Below are positions 28,078 through 36,766 of a stretch of DNA of 57,589 bases, piece by piece. Below the pieces are notes generated by a model. The model saw only the letters and a list, made by a program, of their open reading frames with translations, had not been told where the DNA came from and did not search any database. Position numbers and translations under genes: made by a program. The number at the start of each line of letters is the position of its first letter. The stretch's first letter is position 1. The stretch comes from Oscillospiraceae bacterium (GTDB taxonomy: Bacteria > Bacillota > Clostridia > Oscillospirales > CAG-272): assembly GCA_015064345.1 (NCBI GenBank), contig SVSK01000005.1, forward strand, positions 1-57,589, in the 5' to 3' direction.

Positions 28078-28239
28078 TTACTCTACTCACTTCATTAGGA
28101 TTATCTAATCTATTATATCACAAAGTTTGAATTTTTTCAAGTTTTTTCAAAATTAGAATATTTTTTCTCCAAAATATTCGCATGTATTTTGTGTGTGATA
28201 GATGAATATACTTAACAAAAAACACAAAATGAGGAAACA

Positions 28240-29577
28240 ATGCTGTTACTCGAATCGTTTTCTTCAATTCTCGGTGCGATAATTACGCCTGCGGTTTTGC
28301 TTCTCTCCTCAATAGGTGTATCGTCAGAGATAAGCATACCCAAAATACTGCGTCCACGATATTTTGTCAAATCACTTACAGATCTGCCGAGCGCCGCAAG
28401 CACATCGCCTCTGCGAGCTCTTACTGTTGCCCTTGCGGGAACTCTTGGTGTGGGAAATATAACAGGGGTAGCATCTGCTCTCATCTGTGGAGGTCCCGGC
28501 GCAATACTCTGGATGTGGGTCGGCGCACTTGTTGTACTCGGAGCAAAATACGCAGAGGTCAGTCTTGCCGTATCATTCAGGCAGAAGAAAGATGGTAAGT
28601 ATTTCGGCGGGGCAATGTATTACATACGAGACGGACTTCGCGACAAGCTTGGGAGTAAAGCATCTGCCATATTCGGTGGTGTCTTTGCAATGCTGTGCTG
28701 CATCAATTCCCTGATAACCGGAAATATCGTTCAATCAAACGCAGCATCGTGCATTTTTCCGAGTAAATACAGAATCTACTGCGGAGTATTTCTGGGAATC
28801 TGTGTAACATTATCACTGATATACGGTGCGAGAAAGGTCGAGAAAATTACATCTTCACTTATTCCTGTATTGACTGCAGTATACATAATCCTTTCGGTTA
28901 GTATTGTTATGAGCAATATTGAATATTTACCGAAGATCATTGGCGGGATCTTTTCTGCCGCCTTTTCAAAAAACGCAATTATCGGCGGAGCGGCGGGATT
29001 TTCAGCGCGAGAAGCCATACGATTCGGCGTAATGCGAGGTATTTTCTCAAATGAAGCGGGATGTGGAACTTCTCCTATTGCACATGCATCGGCAGACACA
29101 AAAAGTCCTCATCATCAAGCATGTTATGGAATATTTGAGGTCATATTTGATACAATTATCCTTTGTACAATGACAGCTTTTGTCTTACTGATAGCAGACA
29201 GCAAATTCGGAATAATTCCATGGCATTCAGAAGCGGATGCCTCGCCTGTGACCCTTTCCGCTTTCGATATGCTTGGCGGTAGCATTACCTATTATCTGCT
29301 ATGCATATGCGTAGTTCTCTTTGCTTTTGCAACAATTATTGCGCAGATCTACTACGGCGTTATCTCGATAGGTTATCTTACAAGCAGAAAAATACCGCAG
29401 ATCATATACTTCGCACTATCCGCTGCCTGTGCCGTCCTGGGATCGGTTATTTCCTCTCCCGTAATGTGGCTTTCTGCAGACCTGATAATAGGAATAATGA
29501 CTGCGGTCAACTGTACAGTTATAATTCTTTTGCGCTCTCGGCTGAAAGAACAACGTCTGATGCAGCTCCCTCGTTGA
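28240..29577 (+). CDS. Alanine/glycine:cation symporter (AGCS) family transporter
   Basis: LRALTVALAGTLGVGNITGVASALICGGPGAILWMW and GIFSNEAGCGTSPIAHA are present. Length is 445 aa and the protein is polytopic. Confidence 0.8.
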   Translation: MLLLESFSSILGAIITPAVLLLSSIGVSSEISIPKILRPRYFVKSLTDLPSAASTSPLRALTVALAGTLGVGNITGVASALICGGPGAILWMWVGALVVLGAKYAEVSLAVSFRQKKDGKYFGGAMYYIRDGLRDKLGSKASAIFGGVFAMLCCINSLITGNIVQSNAASCIFPSKYRIYCGVFLGICVTLSLIYGARKVEKITSSLIPVLTAVYIILSVSIVMSNIEYLPKIIGGIFSAAFSKNAIIGGAAGFSAREAIRFGVMRGIFSNEAGCGTSPIAHASADTKSPHHQACYGIFEVIFDTIILCTMTAFVLLIADSKFGIIPWHSEADASPVTLSAFDMLGGSITYYLLCICVVLFAFATIIAQIYYGVISIGYLTSRKIPQIIYFALSAACAVLGSVISSPVMWLSADLIIGIMTAVNCTVIILLRSRLKEQRLMQLPR

Positions 29578-30154
29578 CTATAAGCAATTTTTTGAGTACG
29601 GATACTGCCTCATCGATATGGAACGCACCATCTATGCCGAATTTTCTCAGCGTAATATAGATTTTATCCTGGGAAGTGAACATCGGGTTATAGTCGGTAA
29701 GGTAATGGAGGAAATAGCGGTCGAGAGTTCTGTCATATGCCTCACCACCATCCTTAAGGCGTGTGAATCTAACCCTTCCGTAGAGATGCTTTGCGTCTTC
29801 ATAATGCTTTTTGTTGATAAGATATCCTCTGCCGTACGTTTCGATTGCTCTGCGCTCCTTAAGCGTTGCAAGAGCAAGTTCATGATTTCCAAGGGAAAGA
29901 AGATACGTATCAATATTATACATCATCGACAGGGACAGTTTTCTGGCTGTCTCTGTTTTAACTGATGAAGATTCGTTCTTGGTGTAATATCCTATTACAT
30001 CGGCAAGTGCATTCATGAGCTCTGTCTGAAGTGATGTTAGGTCATCCTCGCTCCATATGCCCACACGAACTGCTTCAGCAGCAAGAGATGCAGAATAGTC
30101 TTTTCTCGAGATATTTCCGTCACACAGTGCGCTGAAAGATAAGATCTCGCTCAT
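29519..30154 (-). CDS. Hypothetical cytoplasmic protein (211 aa)
   Basis: The start ATG overlaps the upstream stop as TAATG. There is no TM helix or signal peptide. The 3' end overlaps the convergent AGCS gene by 59 nt. Confidence 0.7.
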   Translation of the reverse strand: MSEILSFSALCDGNISRKDYSASLAAEAVRVGIWSEDDLTSLQTELMNALADVIGYYTKNESSSVKTETARKLSLSMMYNIDTYLLSLGNHELALATLKERRAIETYGRGYLINKKHYEDAKHLYGRVRFTRLKDGGEAYDRTLDRYFLHYLTDYNPMFTSQDKIYITLRKFGIDGAFHIDEAVSVLKKLLIVNEGAASDVVLSAESAKEL

Positions 30155-30888
30155 TACATATCCTCCGCTTTTCTGTCGTCTTCGTCCTCGTCGGACTTTA
30201 CTTTTTTCTCCGCTTTGTTCGTGTCGGCAAGCTTGTCAAGAAATTCGTCAAATGCGTCGATGTCAAAGTGCTCCTGTTCGCTCTCCTGCGCGGCAATCTC
30301 GAAAGTGTCAGCCTCATATTTATCATGATCAGCAGGAGTATCTGAATTGTTAAAGAACTCTCCGCCGTATGCATCTATGGCAACATTCGCGGGAGCTTCA
30401 CGTGCACCGTGAGACTCATCATAATCAAGCTCGTCACGGTCAGCATACCATTCTTTATAATGCTCGCCGCTATTGATCTTTCGGATGATCCTCTCAGCCT
30501 CTCTTCCGCTTAATGTGTCGATACTGCCGTGACACCAAAGTTCAAAACGGTTAAAAAGCTCGTCAATAAGCTCACTGTCCTTTACTCTGTCATCTGTTTC
30601 AGACTTTATGTAATAGAACAAATATGTGATTTCATTCAAGATATAGGCATAGTTGTCGGGATTTACATAGTGAGAAGTGCAAAAGCGTTTTACTATATCT
30701 CCCACTACTCCACCGCCGATCTCTATTCTCTCATTTTCAAGAAGTGCCTTCTTTCTCATATCGGAAAGCTCTCTTGCTTCTTCTTCGGTGAGAACAAGCC
30801 CGTACTGCGAGGATATTTCGTTAAGAGCCAGAATATCCTTTGAAACGGACTGTACTGCAAAATTTTCAAGTGAGATCAAACCGTTCAT
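30154..30888 (-). CDS. Hypothetical cytoplasmic protein with a poly-acidic C-terminal tail (244 aa)
   Basis: Strong GAGGAGGAG RBS. A globular region of about 165 aa is followed by about 80 aa rich in D/E (...DIDAFDEFLDKLADTNKAEKKVKSDEDEDDRKAEDM). Confidence 0.75.
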   Translation of the reverse strand: MNGLISLENFAVQSVSKDILALNEISSQYGLVLTEEEARELSDMRKKALLENERIEIGGGVVGDIVKRFCTSHYVNPDNYAYILNEITYLFYYIKSETDDRVKDSELIDELFNRFELWCHGSIDTLSGREAERIIRKINSGEHYKEWYADRDELDYDESHGAREAPANVAIDAYGGEFFNNSDTPADHDKYEADTFEIAAQESEQEHFDIDAFDEFLDKLADTNKAEKKVKSDEDEDDRKAEDM

Positions 30889-30929
30889 AAGCCACTCCTC
30901 CTCTGATAGTATAATGTGTTTTCTGATAG

Positions 30930-30959
30930 ATTATATCATTTTACCGGGCGTACTGTCAA
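30930..30959 (-). promoter_or_regulatory. Near-consensus sigma-A promoter for the 30888-29519 gene pair
   Basis: On the minus strand, TTGACA (30959-30954), an 18-nt spacer ending in TGa, then TATAAT (30935-30930). Confidence 0.6.
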
Positions 30960-30975
30960 TAGCGCGTTCGGAATA

Positions 30976-31716
30976 TCACTTTACAGGGACTGCTTCAAGC
31001 ATCTTAATATTAATGCCCTTCTCTGTAAAGTTACGCTCGTATTCGGTGACGATATTGCTCGCCGCTCTCTCTGAATTATGGAGATCACGGGTCATATAGC
31101 GAATTTCAAATCCAACTGTAGGCAGCATCTCAACTGTATAATCGAAAAGATCGTCATTATCAGTCTTGAATGAAAAAGTACCGTCGGGAATGAGTACCCT
31201 TTTATAGTTTTCGAGATACGCGGGGTGAGTAAGTCTGCGCTTATCGTATCCTGCTTTTCTTGCCCAAGGGTCGCTGAAGTTGGCTATGATTCCAGCAAGA
31301 GTATTGTCAGGCATGAGGGTGATTATATCGTTAGCTTCTCCGACGATGAATCTTACGTTGCCTCTAATTTCCGCAGGAATATCCCAGGCAGCACCATCTT
31401 TATACAGTTCACCGTCGGGAGTCTGCCACCCGCCGTTTGAGCCAAGACGTCCGAGACCTCTCTGTTTTGCATATTTTTCAACTGCACATACTGCAACGTC
31501 CGCAACTCTTTCAAGAGCAATATAGTTAAATTCCGTATCTCTTTCGGAAAGCGCGGTAACGAAATCACCCTTGCCGCACCCTACCTCAAGCTTAATTGGG
31601 TTCGTGTTTCCGAATACTTTTTCGGGAGACTCAAAGATTTTGTCAGCGTTTGGGTATAAAAGTGCAGATAATGCGAGAAGTCTTTCACTTCCGTGACGTT
31701 TTTTTCTCATTCTCAT
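30976..31716 (-). CDS. trmB: tRNA (guanine46-N7)-methyltransferase
   Basis: MRMRKKRHGSERL is the N-terminus. LEVGCGKGDF is the SAM-binding motif, and NFSDPW is also present. Length is 246 aa. Confidence 0.85.
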   Translation of the reverse strand: MRMRKKRHGSERLLALSALLYPNADKIFESPEKVFGNTNPIKLEVGCGKGDFVTALSERDTEFNYIALERVADVAVCAVEKYAKQRGLGRLGSNGGWQTPDGELYKDGAAWDIPAEIRGNVRFIVGEANDIITLMPDNTLAGIIANFSDPWARKAGYDKRRLTHPAYLENYKRVLIPDGTFSFKTDNDDLFDYTVEMLPTVGFEIRYMTRDLHNSERAASNIVTEYERNFTEKGINIKMLEAVPVK

Positions 31717-31885
31717 ATTGATTATTTCTCCATTTTTTGATAGAATATATGTAAGTTATATTTTTACGTGATTTTTAGCACTAAAATGATATAAAGTCAT
31801 ATATTATTTCGTCTTTTAGATATTATATCACATCTCATGATAAAAATCTACACTAAATATTCCAAAAGAGAGGTGAGATTAAAAA

Positions 31886-32707
31886 ATGGAATTGAGCATT
31901 TTTATGAAGCAGCTTGAATCAGCTTTGATCAAGCGTGACATTTCTCCCGAAATCGCTCATAAGCATGTGTCAAATATCAGGCGCACCTTTACAAGCGAGG
32001 ATCTGTCTGAGATTAATTCCATGCATACTGTAGAAGAGATAAATGCACTTGCCGACAGCATTGCTGCCATACTGAAAAAGTCACCGCAACCTTTGCAGAA
32101 GACCAATAACACCCCTGACGCATCGGTAAGTAATAACAGCGATGAAATAAGTCAGTCAGCACAACAAACACGGCAAGTACCGTATCATCCTCCAAAAGCG
32201 GTTGATACAAAGGTTGCCCCCAAGGAGCAGAAGTCCTATCTTTCCGAGATGAGCGACGATTACTTCACATATTCAAATGAGGTGGACCCGTCAACCAAGG
32301 GACTCACTCTCTTCTGGGTTGGCCTTTTTGTCACGCTTCCTCTGACACTTGCGCTTCTTGCAGTAATTTTCGGTGCTTTTGCAGGACTGTTTGTGGGACT
32401 TACTGCAGCAATAATTCTCAGCATTGTTGCAATGATAGGTATTGTTGCAGCCGGCTCTGTAGTTTCTCTCGTCGGTATCATCTACGGTGTAACACAGTTG
32501 TTCTCTTTCGTCGCTGCCGGAGTTTATGAAATCGGTCTTGGCGCATTGGTTGCCGGCTTAGTACTCTTCGCGTCAGTTCTTCTTTATAATCTTGCGCTTA
32601 GATTTATCCCTTGGTTGATGAAGAAGATCGCCAAACTGCTCGGATACGTTTGCCGCAAGCTCAAGCTGTTATTCTACTACATAAGAAGGGAGTGTTATAA
32701 GCTGTGA
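31886..32707 (+). CDS. Membrane protein with a DUF1700/HAAS-like N-terminal helical domain (tentative)
   Basis: The N-terminus is MELSIFMKQLESALIKRDISPEIAHKHVSNIRRTF. A low-complexity linker follows, then about four hydrophobic helices. Confidence 0.7.
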   Translation: MELSIFMKQLESALIKRDISPEIAHKHVSNIRRTFTSEDLSEINSMHTVEEINALADSIAAILKKSPQPLQKTNNTPDASVSNNSDEISQSAQQTRQVPYHPPKAVDTKVAPKEQKSYLSEMSDDYFTYSNEVDPSTKGLTLFWVGLFVTLPLTLALLAVIFGAFAGLFVGLTAAIILSIVAMIGIVAAGSVVSLVGIIYGVTQLFSFVAAGVYEIGLGALVAGLVLFASVLLYNLALRFIPWLMKKIAKLLGYVCRKLKLLFYYIRRECYKL

Positions 32708-33645
32708 AGCCTGCATCAATAATTTCTTTGATTGTTGCCGTCCTTATTTCCGTTGCGGGACTTGTAACCTGTATAGTAGCACAGAACATGGCACAGGCCT
32801 CAGGTCAGAACTTGTTTTCAGAGATCAAGACTGACGGCGACCACACTCGCTCCATTGATCTGACAGAGGCTGATATCAACAAGATCCAGTTAATTTTCAG
32901 TAACGCGGAAGTAACTGTTCACGGAAACAGCGAAAAGTCATATATTGAATTTATTAACTTCAAAGATAATTACTATTCTCTTACGTCCACATCTTCCCTT
33001 GTCAGTTTTGATGAGACTCCCGACATCACCTCAATGCTTATGTTCTGGGAAAACGGATTCTCATTCAAGGGTATAAGATATATTCTCAATTTCAACAAGG
33101 ACAACGAACCTAAGGGAGATAAAGAGATCCACATTTATTTGACTGCTGACAAAAATGTCAAGCAGATCGATATTCAGGCAACAAGCTGTACTGTGAACAT
33201 AACCAATATGACGACAAGTACAGATTATCTCATCACAGCAGATGAAGTCACTCTTAATACAAATCACATCAATACAACATCCGCTGTGGCTATCAACTCC
33301 GGAAAAGATATCTCCCCTGCAAAAAAAGTCGTTTATAACTCAACCGGAGACTATGTTACAAACCTTACTGTTAATGCTGTGGAACTGGATATGAAGGCTG
33401 AAGGCTTTATGTGTACAGGAAGTGCAAACATCAACTATGACAAAGGTGACGTTACTATAACAAGCGTTGGCGGAATGCAGTTCAAGCTTGAAAGTGATGA
33501 CGGTAAGATCACGGTTAACTCTGTTAAGGAAAGCAGTCCTTGCACGGTAGGCACAACAGGCGGCGCGGTTTCCGTCACGACCAAGTCAGGTAACATTAAT
33601 GTAACGACCGGTGCCATCAATACCGGAAACAATATCGCAGAATAA
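32704..33645 (+). CDS. N-terminally anchored DUF4097-like (putative beta-helix/adhesin) protein (tentative)
   Basis: The GTG start overlaps the upstream TGA as GTGA. There is an N-terminal TM. The C-terminus has repetitive beta-strand sequence GDVTITSVGG...GKITVNSV...GAVSVTTKSGNINVTTG. Confidence 0.65.
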   Translation: MKPASIISLIVAVLISVAGLVTCIVAQNMAQASGQNLFSEIKTDGDHTRSIDLTEADINKIQLIFSNAEVTVHGNSEKSYIEFINFKDNYYSLTSTSSLVSFDETPDITSMLMFWENGFSFKGIRYILNFNKDNEPKGDKEIHIYLTADKNVKQIDIQATSCTVNITNMTTSTDYLITADEVTLNTNHINTTSAVAINSGKDISPAKKVVYNSTGDYVTNLTVNAVELDMKAEGFMCTGSANINYDKGDVTITSVGGMQFKLESDDGKITVNSVKESSPCTVGTTGGAVSVTTKSGNINVTTGAINTGNNIAE

Positions 33646-33659
33646 TGAAAGGAAACAAA

Positions 33660-33908
33660 ATGAAGGTAACTTACAATACAAAAGGAACATGCTCTCAGGT
33701 AATTGAGTTTGAAATCAACGACGGCATTATCGAAAATGTAATTTTCAAGGGAGGCTGCAACGGAAATCTTAAAGCTATCTCGAAGCTTGTTAACGGTAAA
33801 AATGCCAAAGAAATAGCTGACACACTTCGCGGCAACACATGCGGTCCCCGTTCTACTTCTTGTGCGGATCAGCTCGCAAAAGCTATTGATGAAGCTCTCG
33901 CAGGTTAA
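33660..33908 (+). CDS. Stand-alone TSCPD domain protein (TIGR03905-like, four Cys)
   Basis: MKVTYNTKGTCSQVIEFEINDGIIENVIFKGGCNGNLKAI...GNTCGPRSTSCADQLAKAI. The ORF is open from 33645, but I prefer ATG at 33660, which has an AAAGGA RBS. Confidence 0.75.
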   Translation: MKVTYNTKGTCSQVIEFEINDGIIENVIFKGGCNGNLKAISKLVNGKNAKEIADTLRGNTCGPRSTSCADQLAKAIDEALAG

Positions 33909-33929
33909 GTGAACTACAAATACATAAAA

Positions 33930-33966
33930 AACGGATCAGCCCGGTTTAGGTCGATCCGTTTTCTTT
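33930..33966. terminator. Bidirectional terminator between the TSCPD gene and the convergent SpoIID-like gene
   Basis: AACGGATC (33930-33937) pairs with GATCCGTT (33953-33960). TTCTTTATTT lies downstream and an A-run lies upstream. Confidence 0.75.
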
Positions 33967-33968
33967 AT

Positions 33969-36092
33969 TTAGTTGTAATTGTTTGTGTCGCGGTAGTCAA
34001 GAATCTCGGCGCCTGTGAAATATGCGAGAAGAATATCCTCGTATCCATATCCCATTACGGCAAGGTCATATGAACCCCACTGGCTGATACCAACGCCGTG
34101 TCCCCAGCCTTTACCGACAAAGATAAAGTTGCGCTCATTTTCGGCATGTGCGATCTTGTATGTCACATACTCGTCTGATTTATCTTCAACTATCTCTGTA
34201 TCGAATTTGTCTTCATTCTTGTTGTCTTCCTTATCGAGATAGATAAGATAATCATCGCCAAGGAAAGCAGCGGCAGTTTGACGGCACATTACAAACACAT
34301 CACTCTTATCATGTTTTGTCAAACCATCACCGGTCATTACGGAAACCTTTTCATCCCTGTATGCCTTTTCCATTGAATCGGAAGTAATAACATAATATGT
34401 GTCGATATCGGTGTATCCGTAAGAAATGTCATATTCATAGTCTTCGTCGTCGAAGTCTTCATCATCAGCCCCAGGATAGTAAACATCGCCGACATCATCA
34501 TCTTCGGAGCCAGATTCAGCAAGGCTATCGTATGGGGTCTCTATGGTATACTCCACGCTTCCTTTGCCAACAACGAAGTTTGCACTGTTAACATAGGGTG
34601 TAAGCGATGTTCTGACCTTGTCGGTATTTCTGATGGTTACGCTGTTTCCGTATATATCGGTAAACTTGATTGCTTTAACATAGGTCGAGTTCTTTGCGTA
34701 TTCCAATATCTCGATGTCGTCTATGGCACCCTTCAAGCTTGTGTGACCGGCCTTCTGAAGTCTCTCAAGCAGTGACTCCGGGGAAATCTCAGTGATCCAG
34801 AAGCCGTTTGAGTGACCTGCGTAGTCTTCCCACGGTGTCTCCTTTGCGGCAAGGTACGGGATTTCAGATGATCCGCCCCATGCATCATGAGGACTTACTG
34901 TAACTCCACCCATTGTTGATGAGTAATACGCTGTGATAATGTCACCTTTATACGCAATCACCTGTCCTTCTGTGGACATGATCGCTTCCATTACGTTATC
35001 GTTAACTCTGCCTGCGCCCTTATACAGTTGACAGCAGGTTGTATTGCAAAGGTCGAAGTAATAATCCGAATGTTTATTGCCGTGTGTGAGGCTGAATGAA
35101 CGTACGGTAACGGCAAATTCCTTAAGCACCTCAATAGGCCAAGTGCCCTCCATTTCATAAGGAATTACGCCGGCAACATAAGATTCAAGAGGAAGAATAT
35201 TGATGAGTGCTACGCCGTCAACAGAGCCGTTATAGTGACGCTTGAATGCAAATACGCCGTCATACACGTTTCCTGCAGGAGTTTTAATGTATGTATTCCC
35301 ATCGCTGTTTTCGTGAGCCTTGAATCCGATCTCGCTCTGTGCACCGCAGTCATATTCGAACACGACCTTGTCTGTGTAAGTATTTACAACAGACACTGCA
35401 GTCTGTTCGGGAGTTACCACGCTGACGTAGCGATCGGGATAGATCTGCTTAACATGATCAAGATATACGGACGCGTCGTCCCATGTTGCAAAGTCACCGA
35501 TTCTGATTGCATAGCCGGTATAGATGTAAGCGGGGATCTGATACAGGCCAAGGGTTTCGATCTGCCATTTAGTATTCTCTATCAGTTCAGCAAATTCCCA
35601 ACGACCGAGGTCATCGCAGTCAACCTGCACATGATACGCGCCGATCTTTGTGCTGTAGTAATCGTTTGTGGGGGTGTATGTATAGCCGTTTTTCGCTACG
35701 TTTACGTCAGCCATTACAGAAAGCGTTTGATCATAAAGGTCCCAGATTTGTGTAAAGCCTCTTGATCCGCCGAGCTGCTGTTTGCCGATCTGATAGCCGC
35801 TTCCGTCTGTGGTGATCTGGAAGCTTGTTGTGATGTTGCTCCCGTACATCAGTCCTACGCTTATCAGAACATCCCCGCTGTTTTTGAGCGAGGATGTGTC
35901 AATGGCCCTTGAATTGCTTGTATAAGTGGTTGTTGTGTCAGCTTTTACATCAAGTATGAGAGTTGCGATGATGGTGTAAGCTGCGCCTGCACACATAAGT
36001 ACTGCAAGAATAAGGCAAATCAGACGAACCATAGCCTTTTTCTTCTCTTCACGAGTTCTTTTTGTTTTAATTGTCGACAATTGTGTACTCAC
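33969..36092 (-). CDS. SpoIID/LytB domain protein, enlarged form (about 700 aa)
   Basis: YYSSTMGGVT and GKGWGHGVGISQWG are SpoIID/LytB-type motifs. There is an N-terminal basic segment and a TM helix. The start is uncertain: GTG 36092, in-frame TTG 36080 after GAGGTG, or ATG 36032. Confidence 0.8.
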   Translation of the reverse strand: MSTQLSTIKTKRTREEKKKAMVRLICLILAVLMCAGAAYTIIATLILDVKADTTTTYTSNSRAIDTSSLKNSGDVLISVGLMYGSNITTSFQITTDGSGYQIGKQQLGGSRGFTQIWDLYDQTLSVMADVNVAKNGYTYTPTNDYYSTKIGAYHVQVDCDDLGRWEFAELIENTKWQIETLGLYQIPAYIYTGYAIRIGDFATWDDASVYLDHVKQIYPDRYVSVVTPEQTAVSVVNTYTDKVVFEYDCGAQSEIGFKAHENSDGNTYIKTPAGNVYDGVFAFKRHYNGSVDGVALINILPLESYVAGVIPYEMEGTWPIEVLKEFAVTVRSFSLTHGNKHSDYYFDLCNTTCCQLYKGAGRVNDNVMEAIMSTEGQVIAYKGDIITAYYSSTMGGVTVSPHDAWGGSSEIPYLAAKETPWEDYAGHSNGFWITEISPESLLERLQKAGHTSLKGAIDDIEILEYAKNSTYVKAIKFTDIYGNSVTIRNTDKVRTSLTPYVNSANFVVGKGSVEYTIETPYDSLAESGSEDDDVGDVYYPGADDEDFDDEDYEYDISYGYTDIDTYYVITSDSMEKAYRDEKVSVMTGDGLTKHDKSDVFVMCRQTAAAFLGDDYLIYLDKEDNKNEDKFDTEIVEDKSDEYVTYKIAHAENERNFIFVGKGWGHGVGISQWGSYDLAVMGYGYEDILLAYFTGAEILDYRDTNNYN

Positions 36093-36606
36093 CTCTAATC
36101 ATTACATATACGGACTGGTGTGTTGCCTTGATACCTCTGCCGTCACCTCTGGGGATCATGCAAAGACGGTCCATGGGAATACTTTCACCGTTAAAAATCT
36201 CAGAACCGGTAAGATCAGCAATACCCTGCTTTGCATCGGGAGCAATACAAACCGCCGAACCGGAACGAATAAGAAACTCACATGTTGATACTGCGTAAAT
36301 TGACTGACCTGTTGTGATCTCTACGATATCCCATGCTGCGGAAGCTGAACCTGAAGGTTCGTCATCGGGATCACTTGGAACAGTTGCCTCGGGAAGCTCG
36401 AGATTATCAAGGTAATCGTCAATACCGGAGCGGAGTTCTTCAAAGCGAGCATCAACTTCAGCAAGGATTTCCTTCTTGAATATGTCATTCAGATAGCTGA
36501 AAGAAATTAGCGGGTCTTCAGAGCTGTCGTATGCCGCGATAACTGTGACAGTCAATGCACAGAGAATTGCAAGCACCGACACGATGATTTTGACTTGTTT
36601 TTTCAT
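36067..36606 (-). CDS. N-terminally anchored hypothetical protein (179 aa)
   Basis: MKKQVKIIVSVLAILCALTVTVIAA is a signal/anchor. I recognise no motif. The 3' end overlaps the longest version of the SpoIID-like ORF by 26 nt. Confidence 0.7.
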   Translation of the reverse strand: MKKQVKIIVSVLAILCALTVTVIAAYDSSEDPLISFSYLNDIFKKEILAEVDARFEELRSGIDDYLDNLELPEATVPSDPDDEPSGSASAAWDIVEITTGQSIYAVSTCEFLIRSGSAVCIAPDAKQGIADLTGSEIFNGESIPMDRLCMIPRGDGRGIKATHQSVYVMIRGEYTIVDN

Positions 36607-36655
36607 GGTTAAAATACCTTTCGGTTAATTTTGACTCGATCAATAAGTCAAGTGT

Positions 36656-36684
36656 ATTATACACTCTTTTCCACAAAATTGCAA
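36656..36684 (-). promoter_or_regulatory. Sigma-A promoter for the 36606-33969 gene pair
   Basis: On the minus strand, TTGCAA (36684-36679), a 17-nt spacer, then TATAAT (36661-36656). The -10 lies inside the inverted repeat GTGTAT-A-ATACAC. Confidence 0.55.
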
Positions 36685-36766
36685 TAGAAATGCCGATAAA
36701 GTCTCGAAAATTTACATTTAATCTGCAATATTGGAGGATTTTGGCGGTATTTTTGCTATTTCTACG

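Noticed and set aside
28078-28239. Possible glycine riboswitch upstream of the alanine/glycine:cation symporter gene.
   Set aside because: The region is extremely AT-rich and lacks the GGAGAG...CACCG-type conserved cores and paired stems. It looks like a pair of divergent promoters only. An Rfam scan would settle this.
28212-28484. A 90-aa minus-strand ORF overlapping the start of the symporter gene.
   Set aside because: It has no RBS, gives an Arg/Ala-rich low-complexity translation, and lies antisense to a well-supported transporter N-terminus.
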